Of a stretch of DNA of 64,000 bases, positions 36,336-47,887 are shown piece after piece. Source of the stretch: Octopus sinensis (lineage: Eukaryota); the NCBI RefSeq assembly GCF_006345805.1, contig NC_042999.1:101618001-101682000 (forward strand), in the 5' to 3' direction. The notes below the pieces were generated by a model. It worked only from the letters and a program-made list of their open reading frames with translations, searched no databases and had not been told where the DNA came from. How positions within the stretch are numbered: position 1 is the stretch's first letter; each line of letters opens with the position of its first letter. The position numbers and the translations under genes were made by a program.

Positions 36336-38972
36336 AGCTCTATATATACACACACATATATATATATATATATATTATGTATATATGTATTTATCCTCAC
36401 AGATATAAAACATAAAAGGGAAAATAATGATTAACTATTATGTATAAAGTAGATTATGTAAGCACCAGCTCATAGAAAGCCAAGTTAGTGATTGATCTGA
36501 GCTCACCTTACATGCTTTTATTGTGTCTACCCAAAACTTACAGATTGGACTGTGGGAGAAATTGAACATGCCCAGACTACCACACTGCTTCACTTAAAAT
36601 TAACTGCTGCATGGTAAAAGGTATAACACGGCCTGCAGTCAGATTGAAAAACAACATATTCAAATTTATAGATTTGTGGATTGCACCTATTCATTTGGCT
36701 GCCATAGGTTTGCTCAATCAAGCTAACCTGGAGCTATATAACAACAAACCTGTGACCCAATTTTGATTCCACATAGTCAATATTAGATTTTATGTATGTT
36801 ACCAATTATTTGACTGAATTCCATATTTTTGGCTTTGTTCATATTGAAAGAAAGAAACGAGAAGGTACCTCAAAATAACTGCGCAAAGACACTAGGTAAA
36901 AGCCCCACATTACAATCAGAAATAGATATACCTCAGAAGGAAAGAAATACATGTGTGTGGCAGGTGGTGGTGGAAACAATGGTGGCAGGGGTGGTGGTGG
37001 TGGCAGCAGTGGCTACTGTTATTATTTATTAACCCCAGGTCAGCCCTGATCATGCAGACCTATAATGAAAGAATTTCCAGCTATGACCACTCTGTATTTT
37101 TGTATATGAATATGTCATTTATTTAAGACCAGAATGTTATTTGAAGGAGATATGGATGTTATTTCTAGTAGGTCAAGCAACTACATAAATGCCCTACCAT
37201 TCACTCATATTCTTTAAAGCATGTTAGGCTACCTAGTGACTATAGGATTTTCTTTTGCTCAACAATACTTAAACTTCACTAGTCATATTATTGCAGCCAG
37301 TTATATTATAGGTGTGGTTATGGCAATGTGGTTAAGAAATTTACTTCCCAACCACATGGTTTTGTGTTTAGTCATACTGTGTGGCATCTTGTGCAAGTAT
37401 TGTCTACTACAGTCCTGGACCAACCAAGGAGATGGAAACTGAAAGTAGCGTTTTGTGTGTGTATATATTTTTATACATACATAGATGTATATAAGTATAT
37501 AAAAGCTTGCATAAGATACATCAGTTTTGTGTGGTGTATCTGAACGTATGCCTTTGTTTTATCCACAGTCAATCCCCATGGATAAAAATGAGCACAGAAT
37601 TAAATATTAGTACTGAGACAGTCCTAATCAAGGATATCCCAATCATCCCCTCTTTAGTATTAAGTAACATGTACCCCAAACTTATAATCAAGGGTACTTC
37701 AGCTGTGATTATCCAATCTCTTTTCTTAGGCACAAAAACAATGAGAAACGATGAGTTCCTTGGATTACATTATTCTCTGTGTCCTTTTTTTAAAAAAAAA
37801 CAATATATTGAAGGAGATTTGGTTGCTATTTCTAGTAAGTCAAGCAATATTCTAATAGTGATGTGGTGTATGCATGTTTAAATAACTGATTATGAGTCTG
37901 TTATAATACAGTTGCTTTAGTTTCAACACTCAAGCTTAGCTAAAATTCTCTTGTTAAATAAGTGCAACAAAGAAATTCATCAATTCTTCATATAATATCT
38001 ATGTTCCATGTGAGTATGGGTCAGATGATTTGACAAAATTCAATAGGTCCAAGAACTGCATCATACTCCAGTGTCTGCTTTCTACAGTTGGACACCTTTC
38101 TTAATGCCAACCACTTTACAGAATTTACTGTGTGCTTTTTAACATGCCACCAGCACTTGTGAGGTCACCAAAACAGTATGCTGAGGGAAATTTGGCAGCT
38201 ATTTCTAGCAGGTCAAGTAATACTCTAATAGCAATGCAGTGTATGCATTTTCATGGAGTAAATAAATATAGAGTACAATTATATGATATAATAAAGTGGA
38301 TTGGCATGAGAGATTATTTTAAAAAATCAATAAATTACTAGACAAATTATACAGTCCATCAGATAAGTACAAAGTTTGGCAACTTGCCTCAGTTATTAAC
38401 TGTATAGGTTCACAATGGTTTGAAGGTCACTAATACATCCTTGTAATTAAGGTCATGTGTATAAGTAAATTATTTTGTTACTCTGCAAAAAAATATATAA
38501 AATAGATGACATGGCTGCATGGTTTGTAACTTTGTAGTTCTGGGTTGAATCCTCCTTGTGTCACACTTTGAGCAAGTGTCATCTAGCATAAACTTAGGTT
38601 CACCAATATATTTCCTTCAACAGACTGGAAGGAAACATTGTGCTTCCAGAACTTAGTTTCACATATTTGGCCAGGTCTTCTTGAGAACTATATATCCTGA
38701 TTCCTTGTGATCTCCTCCATGAAGTTCAAGGTCCTAAGATCAAACTTTACCACTTTGTCCCATGTCCTCCTGTGTCTCCTTCTTCTTCAAAGTCCATCCA
38801 CCCTAAGTGACTGACACTTCTTTTATACAACTGTCCCCAAACATATGCCTCTCATATCCATACAAGTGCAGTCTTCTTTCTCACACACTAGATCTGATTC
38901 CTCATATATGCCCAGTTTTTCTCTCAATGCACTCGTACATTGTCATTCATGTACATTGCCTATTCACTGGAA

Positions 38973-39583
38973 CAATAATTCTCAACTGGGGTCCATATGC
39001 CTCTTGAGGGTCCATATAAGATTTTTCTTGTTAAAATTTATCTGCAATAAATTGGTTATACTTCTACGCTACATAAAGTAAGTTGATAATTATTTCTATA
39101 CAATTCCTAATAATCATCATCATCATCATTTAATGTCTGCTTTCCATGCCAGCATGGGTTGGCCGGTTCAACTGGGGTCCTGGAAGCCAGAAGGCTGCAC
39201 CAAGCCCAGTCTGATCTGGCAGTGTTTCTACAGCTGGATGCCCTTCCTAACGCCAACCACTCCGTGAGTGTAGTGGGTGCTTTTTACATGCCACCGGCAC
39301 AGGTGCCAGATGAGGCTGGCAAACGGCCACGATCAGATGGTGCTTTTTACGTGCCACCGGCACAGAGACCAGACGAGGCTGGCAAACGGCCACGGTCGGA
39401 TGGTGCTTTTTACATGCCACCGGCACAGAAGCCAGTCAGGGCAGCGCTGGCTACAGCCATGTTCGGATGAATATTTAATTATAAAAATATATGATTTTTT
39501 TAAACATCAAATGGCTAGGAGGGTCCATCCAAGTAAAATAGAAATCAAAGGGTCCATAGATGAAAAATGGTTGAGAAACACTG
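38973..39583 (+). mobile_element. hAT-type MITE with perfect 8-bp TSD, carrying a nested RTE 3' fragment
   Basis: TSD CACTGGAA at 38965-38972 and 39584-39591; ends CAATAATTCTCAAC / GGTTGAGAAACACTG. Confidence 0.85.
39115..39469 (-). mobile_element. Young RTE 3' UTR fragment (3 internal units)
   Basis: Near-identical to 20530-20860 and CpG-retaining. Confidence 0.88.
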
Positions 39584-40747
39584 CACTGGAACATGCTTGC
39601 TTCATTTGTTTCACTACTGCGCTGCTTTGCAAGTTATTTATATATTTAGCCATTACTTATCTCTGGCTCTTAAGTTATTTATTGACCAATTCACATTTTC
39701 TTATTTATTCATTGATTTTATTGAAGTGCTGTTTTTTTTTTGTCTTGTTGAAGGCTGTTGATAACAAATAGAGCATTTGATCATAAAACCTGAAATTATT
39801 GACAGTCTTTAAGTAACATATAACAGAATGTCATACGAAACATCTAGCAAGTTGCACACCTGTTTGAGTTGCTCATTCAGTTTCTATTCAGTAGGTTATA
39901 TATTTCCAGCAAAGATTGTTTTGAAAATGTGTTTAAATCAGAAGTATTGTACCTAGCTTAAATATTTTATTTCATAAGAAAAATCATAACCCTTATGAAA
40001 ATAGTTCCAGTGTTCCCTTGATATATGCTGCTCCTTTGTGAGCTCACAACGCCCTCAAGCATTGTGAGCTCATAAAAGCAGGTTGAGAACCACTGCCTTA
40101 TCTGTCACAAATTACAAACTTTGTTAGCAACAAGTTTCAACTCTGTTATTATTAACACACTACTAACTTGATCAAACAGAAATTCTGTGGTTGTTGCCAA
40201 TCATCAATTATTGTTTCTGAAATCTTTTACAAGATTCTTGTTGAGAAACCATATGTTGAAACAGATGTTGTTATAGTTTTACTTCACCTGTGCAAAAATT
40301 GATTGGTTTTTTTTTAATGGATTGAGTTGTAGATATTTTGTGAAACTATATTTCATGTTTTAATTACATTAAAATTACTTTTATAAGGAATCTATTTGCA
40401 ACTGTCTAAAGTAGGTTGGCATCTAAGAAATTAAGTAACTTTGTGTGTATGTGTGTGTGCACGCACGTGCATGCATACATCACCCTCTGAAAACCCTTTA
40501 GTTGTGAGGAAATATATTCAGTTTGCCAACACAGTTGTGTTGTGTATATATGTGTTAGTATAATATGTGTGTATGTATACAGATATGTGTATGTATGTCT
40601 GTATATGTGTGTATGTAGCTATGTGTGTATTGATATATATATATATGTATGTATGTATGTATGTGTGTGTGTATACACACACATGCACGCACACAAACTC
40701 TGAAACTGACTGAAATTAACTGTTTGACTTTACAAAATCTATTTTAG

Positions 40748-40908
40748 TTTTGTAAACTGTGTACAATGGAGTTCAAAAAGCGACTCTGGGACATGTTACC
40801 TGAGTGTCTCACACAAAGATGGCATTTGTATATGGAAGGTAGAAGGAGAGGCACCAAACTTGGAGTTGAAACAAATTCGTAAAATATACATCGAAGCTCT
40901 GCCTCAAG
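40748..40908 (+). CDS. WDCP: WDCP coding exon 3
   Basis: Acceptor CTATTTTAG, donor GTAAGT. Reads (D)FVNCVQWSSKSDSGTCYLSVSHKDGICIWKVEGEAPNLELKQIRKIYIEALPQ; the LPQ|G junction matches WDCP ILPQGCVWHP. Confidence 0.9.
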
Positions 40909-41242
40909 GTAAGTTTTATGTCAAGTGATATTTTATATAGTCAGGGATATCAAGAAACAGACATGTGTTCAGAGGCATTCCAGCCATGACAATACCATCT
41001 GATGGACAAGACCTTTTACAGTCTATTGTCCTTGTTTTTGTTTTTTTTTCTTTATGTATGAACTTTCAGGTTAAAGTGTTTGCAGAAAATAGTTTGTAAC
41101 ACATTCTGCTATTCTGGAATTATCTAATTCTCAAAAACTTAACTCTGTTTAGCTCTTTGGATGGTTTGACAGAGCTGGCAAGGCAAAGGATTGCACCAAA
41201 ATCCATTGTCTCTTTTGGCATAGTGAAGGTAGTTCAGCAGTA

Positions 41243-41492
41243 AAGACCCCCTTCGGTCATGAATGACCATGGGATTGCACCTAGAAAGTTACCCTCCTAG
41301 ACACAAGTCCGGGCAAGGTTGTTTATGGAAGACCAGCAGTCGCCCATGCATACCAGCCTCCACTCTCCACGCCACCAGTGTTATCCAAGGGAAAGACAAA
41401 GGTCGATACAGCTTGGCACCTGTGACGTCGCAACTCATTTCTACAGCTGAGTGAACTGGAGCAACGTGAAATAAAGTGCTTTGCTCAAGAAC
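41243..41492 (-). mobile_element. SINE with V/Meta-like core (related decayed copy at 44070-44260)
   Basis: The minus strand begins TGTTCTTGAGCAAAGCACTTTATTTCACGTTGCTCCAGTTCACTCAGCTGTAGAAATG. Confidence 0.55.
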
Positions 41493-41674
41493 ATGGTCTT
41501 TTTACTGAAAGGTTCACCTATGGCCACTGACTTCCAACTGGGTTAGTTAGTTACACTAGTTTCTTCTTCCTTCCTCTCACTCATAATCTGAGAGGTGGTC
41601 CTGCAAAGGTCATGTGCTTTACTCTTTGTTCAGTTAATATACTGAATGAGTGGGTGTAAAAAATATCGAATTAA

Positions 41675-41815
41675 CCATTTTGATACCAACCCACCTGAGA
41701 CTACCCCTCATTCTTCGATACAAACTTCTTGTTTTAAAATGATCATGCTAGCATGGAAAGCAGACGTTAAACGATGATGATGATTTAAAACCTTGCATCA
41801 GAATTTCTTCTTAAT
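41675..41815 (+). mobile_element. piggyBac-type MITE 5' end carrying a 41-bp RTE tail insertion (41744-41784)
   Basis: TTAA 41671-41674, then CCATTTTGATACC. An uninterrupted sister copy at ~60080-60150 reads GATACAAACTTCTTGTTTTAAAGTGATCTAAATTAAAACC. Confidence 0.6.
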
Positions 41816-41819
41816 TCAT

Positions 41820-42670
41820 CTTTTTATCTTTTACTTGTTTCAGCCTTGCTGGAGCACTGCCTTTATTTGAACAAATCAAAACCCAGTACCTATTTTTTTT
41901 AAATCTAGTACTTATTCTATCAGTCTCTTTTGTCAAACCACTAAGTTACAGAAACAAACCAACGCTAGTTGTTAAGTTGTAGTGTGGTGACAGACGCAAA
42001 TACATATGCACACAGGCATGAAAATCTTCTTTCAGTTTGTCTACCAAATCCACTTAGAAAGTATTTGGTCAGCCCAGGACTATAGAAGACACTTGCCCAA
42101 GGTGCTGTGCAGTGGGAATGAAACCCAGAACCACATGGTTGGGAAGCATGCTTCTTAATGACACAGTGTTAACATATTTAGCATATAATGAACATCAAAA
42201 ATGTATTTAGAAATACTTGCATTTGACAAGAGCCTTAATAAAAATCAAATTGCTTTTACCCAGATAGCCTGGTTTCAATTCTCAGTAGAGGAACATTAAT
42301 ACCTTTTTAGGTGCAGGTTAAGGTGCATTGTGGTTAAGAAGCTCACTTTGCAACCACAAGGTTTGGGGTTCAGTCCCACTGCAAAGCACTTTGAGCATAT
42401 GTCTTCTATTTTAGCCCCGGATTAACGAATGCCTTGTAAGTGAATTTGTACAGAAAGTTTGTGGCAGTCCATTTCATGTGTAGACATATATTTGTGTCTG
42501 CGTGCCTGTCGGCTCTCACCACTTGACAACTGGTTTGTTTATGTCCCCATAACTTAGTTGTTTCAGTAGAAAAGACCCGATGAAAGAAATACGAGATTTT
42601 AAAAAGTATTGGATGTTATTTGTTTGACTAAACCCTTTAAAGCAGTACCACACCATAGCCATAATCTAAT
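41820..42670. mobile_element. Two family B SINEs, head-to-head (41820-42170 minus; 42320-42670 plus)
   Basis: Family B head and body on opposite strands, ~150 bp apart. Confidence 0.7.
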
Positions 42671-43756
42671 GATGGAAAGAAGTAAAAGACAAACAAATTG
42701 TTTCCTTCTATTCTGAGGCCTAGTAACTTTATGTGCTAATCTTTACTGTTCAACATTTAGACCATAATATTTTATATGAACCAAAAAAAGAAAATATTTT
42801 GGCCAACTATTTAGTCCAACTACACACACACACACACATCATGGATGCTTCTACACTTAACTAAGTTACAATCACCTTCACAAGATTATATGATGGTACA
42901 ATTTTCTCATGGTTGTTGCAGTAGGGCTCTAAAACGGCAATTTTAGAGTGAAGTGTTAGTCAATGATATTGACCTCATTACTTAATTTTATCAACCCCCA
43001 AAAGGACTTAAACTCAGAACATAAAGAGCCTGAGGAAGTGCCCTAAGCATTTCATTCGACACGCTGGTGATTCTGCCAACTCTCCACTTTATAATGATAA
43101 ATAACCACTGCTTCTACTATTTAATAAGAGCTTGTTTGTTGAATTAATAACTCCTGGTAGCAACATATTTGTTGTAGGCTGGTTTCATCCTACTTGTGAG
43201 GACAATGGGTTCTTTTTTACTCAACCATGACAGTACTATCTCTTTCAATAGAGAGAGGAGGAAGAATGAATTGGAAATTAATATTCATTCTTCCACCATC
43301 ACTCCAGAAATAGGAACAGAAGAGATAACCTGTTATTGTTGCTGTTCAACCCCGGGTCAGTTCTGGTCTAGCAGCAGGCCTATGATCAAAATTATTCTAA
43401 TCATTACCATCCTCTCTGTTTGTTTCAGCCATAGTGTATCCCTGATTACAATATCTAATGCGTCTCCTTTTTTTTTTCCTAAGATACTTCTATGTTGTCT
43501 GAGGGAGATTTGGTTGCTGTTTCTAACAGTTTAAACAATACCCTTATTGGCTTGAATCAACAGTCATAACTAATGACTACTCTAATTTTGTAACAGACTT
43601 TCTGCGACATTATTGTATGGGTTATCTTACATTAATTTGTTTTACTGTTGTTATATACCTGTATTGGTCAAGTGTCTTCTGCTGTAACCCCAAACCAACC
43701 AAGGCCTTGTAGGTGGATTTGGTAGGCAGAAACCGAAAGAAGCCTGTTGTGTATAT

Positions 43757-43808
<52 letters not shown>

Positions 43809-45755
43809 ATAGATAGATAGATAGACAGATAGATAGATGTGCATGAATGTGTGTCTTTCTATATATCTCCCACCACTGCTTGATGACCAGTGTTTGTTTA
43901 TGTCCATGTAACTTAGCAGTTCAGCAAAAGAGACCAATATATTAAGTACTGGATTTAAAAATGATAAATACTAGAGTAAATTCATTCAACGAAAGACTCT
44001 TCAAAGCAGTGCCCCAGCATGGCCACACTAATGATTGAAACAAATAAAAGGTAATTGTTTTAGTTACCCCAATTGCGAGCAGACACTGACACCCTCTTGG
44101 CCTTCCCACCCTTTAACCCATCAGAATATCGAGGGCATGACAACTATGAAGAAAGAGGACTGCTGCCAGCATGAGGCTGGTACATACTTCTCAGCTGAGT
44201 AAACTGAAGCAGTGTGAAAATAAAGCACCTTCCTCAACGTTACAATATACTACCTGATCCATAAGACAATTTTTCCTACACTTTAATGAGTCTGCCATTC
44301 CAGTGCCCTAGCTGAATGTATATCTATCATCATCATCATTTAACATCCATTTTCCATGCCGGTATGGGTTGGATGGTTTGACAGAGCTGGCAAGGCAAAG
44401 GATTGCACCAAAATCCATTGTCTCTTTTGGCATGGTTTTTACAGCATCAGCATCAGTCTGTACTTGATCCAGAACTGCAGCTCTTTTAAAGAGACAAGCT
44501 TCAGAAAGACATCTCTCACAAATGATACCCACACCTGTTCACCATTATCATTTAGAAATCTTTGCAGTTATTTCCATGATAGAGCATGCTTGCATATCAT
44601 TAGACATGGCTCTCCTATGTTCCAGTCAGTTTCTCATAATTTCCATCTTTGACAGTAATGGCTCAAGGACCAAAACATACAGAAGAGATACAGAAGGAAT
44701 CCTTGACGGACTGGCCATGTGATTATAGGTGGATAACTACCACTGAATGGCTACCTCTATACATTGTAGCAATCACAACTATTTCTGAAACTATCTGCAC
44801 TTATGAGAGCTGTTATATAGTGATAGTCAACTTTGTCAAAAGCTTATACTGATCAAGTTAGCAGAATCCCACCAAATCTAGATTTAGCTCCACATGCCCA
44901 GTGATCTATAAGACAGAGATGCACAGGCTTCTTCTCTAGAAGACAATTGCCCGAAGTACCATGCAGTGGGACTGAGCCCAGAAGAATATGGTTGGGTTTG
45001 ATATATTCAACTAAGACACTCTTGAAAGTAATGCCTCTGCATAGCTGCAGTAAAAGACTATTAACTATTAGTGTGAGAAATAGAAAAATATTAAAAAGAA
45101 AAACATTACAGAAAAATCACACAATATTCCCAGCTGAATAAGCAACCAGTATTTCTATTTCAAGGTTAAAATAGTCAACCTGTAGAAAGTAGTTCTAAGA
45201 AAATTAGGAAGCAATTACTTTGATATCATATAAGACTATTCAGTACAAATATATACATGCACATATAAATAGATTTATAGCCACTTGCAAGGACACAAAC
45301 TCACACACAGAAATTTGTGCTTCAAAATCTGAGTAAAATATTCACATTTGTAACAATAATTAGTACACTTTATTATGTTAGCAAATATTTCAGAGTTAAC
45401 AAGATCACTTGACCTGCAGTAAACAGCAGCCAAATCTCCTTCAAAATACACCCAACTATTTTATTTTTAAAAATATACATAGGCACAAGTATGGCTGTGT
45501 GATAAGAAGTATTCATAAGTAAAAAAGATGAGTAAAAATATGCTCTGGGAATACACATTTGTTATCTTTCTTACTTCTTTTTGTATAAGTTCTTCATATA
45601 TCTATCCTTATACACACACATGCACATGCACACACACATATATATATAGATAGATAAAATTTTATCTTATTCCACTTTTGGATGGAACTTCTCTCCCTCA
45701 AACATTTCCTACATACACTTATGCCTTTTTTTCATTGGTAATGCTTTTCTCTGTA

Positions 45756-45805
<50 letters not shown>

Positions 45806-46013
45806 GTGAAATAGAAAGATGAATAATCTTGTAGTAGATTAATCAAAAGTTTAACCGATACCTTAGTAGCAAAAATCACAGCAGTAAACAGCACGGTTGG
45901 AGGTACAACCATCTGGCGTTGCAACCGTGCGTTGGTGCGGATAATTGAAATTAAAACATTATTGGTGAATTGAAGAAATGGAGCTGAACGCAGATTGAAC
46001 AGAAATCGTTTTA

Positions 46014-46102
46014 TTTCATTCTACACGTGTTTCGAAAGGCACAAATTACCAAAATCCGATTGAATAATGGGACCATATTGTGTCTTTCTCTTCAGGAAGA
46101 AA
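46014..46102 (-). ncRNA. Type I hammerhead ribozyme (identical mirror copy)
   Basis: Exact reverse complement of 47701-47789. Confidence 0.82.
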
Positions 46103-46893
46103 AAAGGAAATCCGTTGGAGAAACAAAAACAGAACAGAGGCGGAGCAAAAACAAATCGAACTATGCTCCTAAGAGCCCATGGCGAAACTGTTTATCAGTG
46201 TATGTTGAGAACCGGTGGCTGAAGAATTCAACGGGTCAGGCATCGGTCAATCATGTGGGTGAGGGTGTATAGATGTTCTTTGTGACCGAGAATAAAGTTC
46301 TGACTATTTAAGGAATATTGGATGTTTTATAAGGGGCGAGAAAAAATCTACTTCGAGACGTGTGTGTGTGTATACTGTTCTATATATGTGTGTGTTGGCG
46401 TAGGGGTAGAAAACATTTTTTGTGTACGTGTGTGCGTTTGATCGTTCGGCTGTCAGTGGCTACTGCCGTGAGAACCGTTGGGTGGCAGAAAGAAAAAAAA
46501 ATATATATATATATATTATGTTTTATGTGTGTGTGTGTTCATCTAAGCCTGCCTTATCAAGGAAACCCCCCGCTGTGAAAAAACCAAGCCCCGTTTGTCC
46601 CACAGGAGTAATTCCCCTTGCAGTGGTTAATCGTAGATATCTTAAAGGCTATTTCAGAATTTGTTACCAAGGGCTATGGGTGCCGGTATTATTTATAAAC
46701 GCTATTTAAAAGCCAGATAAGTGTAACGCCGCCAATGGGGGCATCGAAAAGCCGACTGTAAGAGCCCGTTTACCATCCGGCCTCTGGCAAACAAAATATG
46801 GAAGAGTTCGGAGACACAAAGGTTGCACTGTCTTCTGCCCCTATCAAATGGGAGGGCCACCGACAAAATTGACCATTCCAGCCTATAGCTTAA

Positions 46894-47100
46894 CTGAAGG
46901 ATACAAACTTAAGCTATAGGCTGGAATGGTCAATTTTGTCGGTGGCCCTCCCATTTGATAGGGGCAGAAGACAGTGCAACCTTTGTGTCTCCGAACTCTT
47001 CCATATTTTGTTTGCCAGAGGCCGGATGGTAAACGGGCTCTTACAGTCGGCTTTTCGATGCCCCCATTGGCGGCGTTACACTTATCTGGCTTTTAAATAG
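46894..47100 (+). pseudogene. Penelope GIY-YIG endonuclease C-terminal remnant (68 aa; mirrored on the minus strand of the left arm)
   Basis: LKDTNLSYRLEWSILSVALPFDRGRRQCNLCVSELFHILFARGRMVNGLLQSAFRCPHWRRYTYLAFK* fits the Penelope ORF end pattern LKD.N..Y.I.WSIL..A.PY....CxLC..E..I....N.....CxH. Confidence 0.8.
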
Positions 47101-47700
47101 CGTTTATAAATAATACCGGCACCCATAGCCCTTGGTAACAAATTCTGAAATAGCCTTTAAGATATCTACAATTAACCACTGCAAGGGGAATTACTCCTGT
47201 GGGACAAACGGGGCTTGGTTTTTTCACAGCGGGGGGTTTCCTTGACAAGGCAGGCTTAGATGAACACACACACACACATAAAACATAATATATATATATT
47301 TTTTTTTTTTCTTTCTGCCACCCAACGGTTCTCACGGCAGTAGCCACTGACAGCCGAACGATCAAACGCACACACGTACACAAAAAATGTTTTCTACCCC
47401 TACGCCAACACACACATATATAGAACAGTATACACACACACACGTCTCTAAGTAGATTTTTTCTCGCCCCTTATAAAACATCCAATATTCCTTAAATAGT
47501 CAGAACTTTATTCTCGGTCACAAAGAACATCTATACACCCTCACCCACATGATTGACCGATGCCTGACCCGTTGAATTCTTCAGCCACCGGTTCTCAACA
47601 TACACTGATAAACAGTTTCGCCATGGGCTCTTAGGAGCATAGTTCGATTTGTTTTTGCTCCGCCTCTGTTCTGTTTTTGTTTCTCCAACGGATTTCCTTT

Positions 47701-47789
47701 TTTCTTCCTGAAGAGAAAGACACAATATGGTCCCATTATTCAATCGGATTTTGGTAATTTGTGCCTTTCGAAACACGTGTAGAATGAAA
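47701..47789 (+). ncRNA. Type I hammerhead ribozyme (predicted cleavage after GUA at 47781)
   Basis: Stem I TTTCTTC/GAA(T)GAAA; core CTGAAGA 47708-47714; stem II GAAAGACACAA/TTGTGCCTTTC (10 of 11 bp) with a 33-nt loop; GAAA 47770-47773; palindromic stem III ACACGTGT; NUH = GUA. Confidence 0.82.
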
Positions 47790-47837
47790 TAAAACGATTT
47801 CTGTTCAATCTGCGTTCAGCTCCATTTCTTCAATTCA

Positions 47838-47885
<48 letters not shown>

Positions 47886-47887
<2 letters not shown>

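Larger units (their letters stand above)
38690..39625 (-). mobile_element. Old RTE ORF2 C-terminal fragment, split by the hAT MITE
   Basis: On the minus strand, ETNEASMFQ (39625-39584) rejoins ...QCTSALREKLG...RRTWDKVVKFDLRTL (38972-38690). Confidence 0.7.
45803..47843. mobile_element. Penelope-like retroelement, 5'-truncated, head-to-head inverted duplication (palindrome)
   Basis: Arms 45960-46893 and 46909-47843 are reverse complements with 3 substitutions plus microsatellite slippage, around a 15-nt spacer. The minus copy runs ~157 nt further (to ~45803). Flanked by (TA)n on both sides; contains a GIY-YIG C-terminal remnant and hammerheads. Confidence 0.88.

Noticed and set aside
46027-47776. 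Mirrored 72-116-aa ORFs (46027-46272, 46360-46578, 46422-46709, 47093-47443, 47531-47776) as genes
   Set aside because: They are antisense to the Penelope 3' UTR, start at non-ATG codons, run through microsatellites, and are duplicated only because of the palindrome.
45960-47843. Polinton/foldback DNA transposon, hairpin telomere or sequencing-adapter fold-back
   Set aside because: The ends are asymmetric with no TSD or AG...CT termini. The spacer is in-frame Penelope coding sequence rather than an adapter, and the arms carry three substitutions. An artefact is unlikely but not fully excluded without reads.
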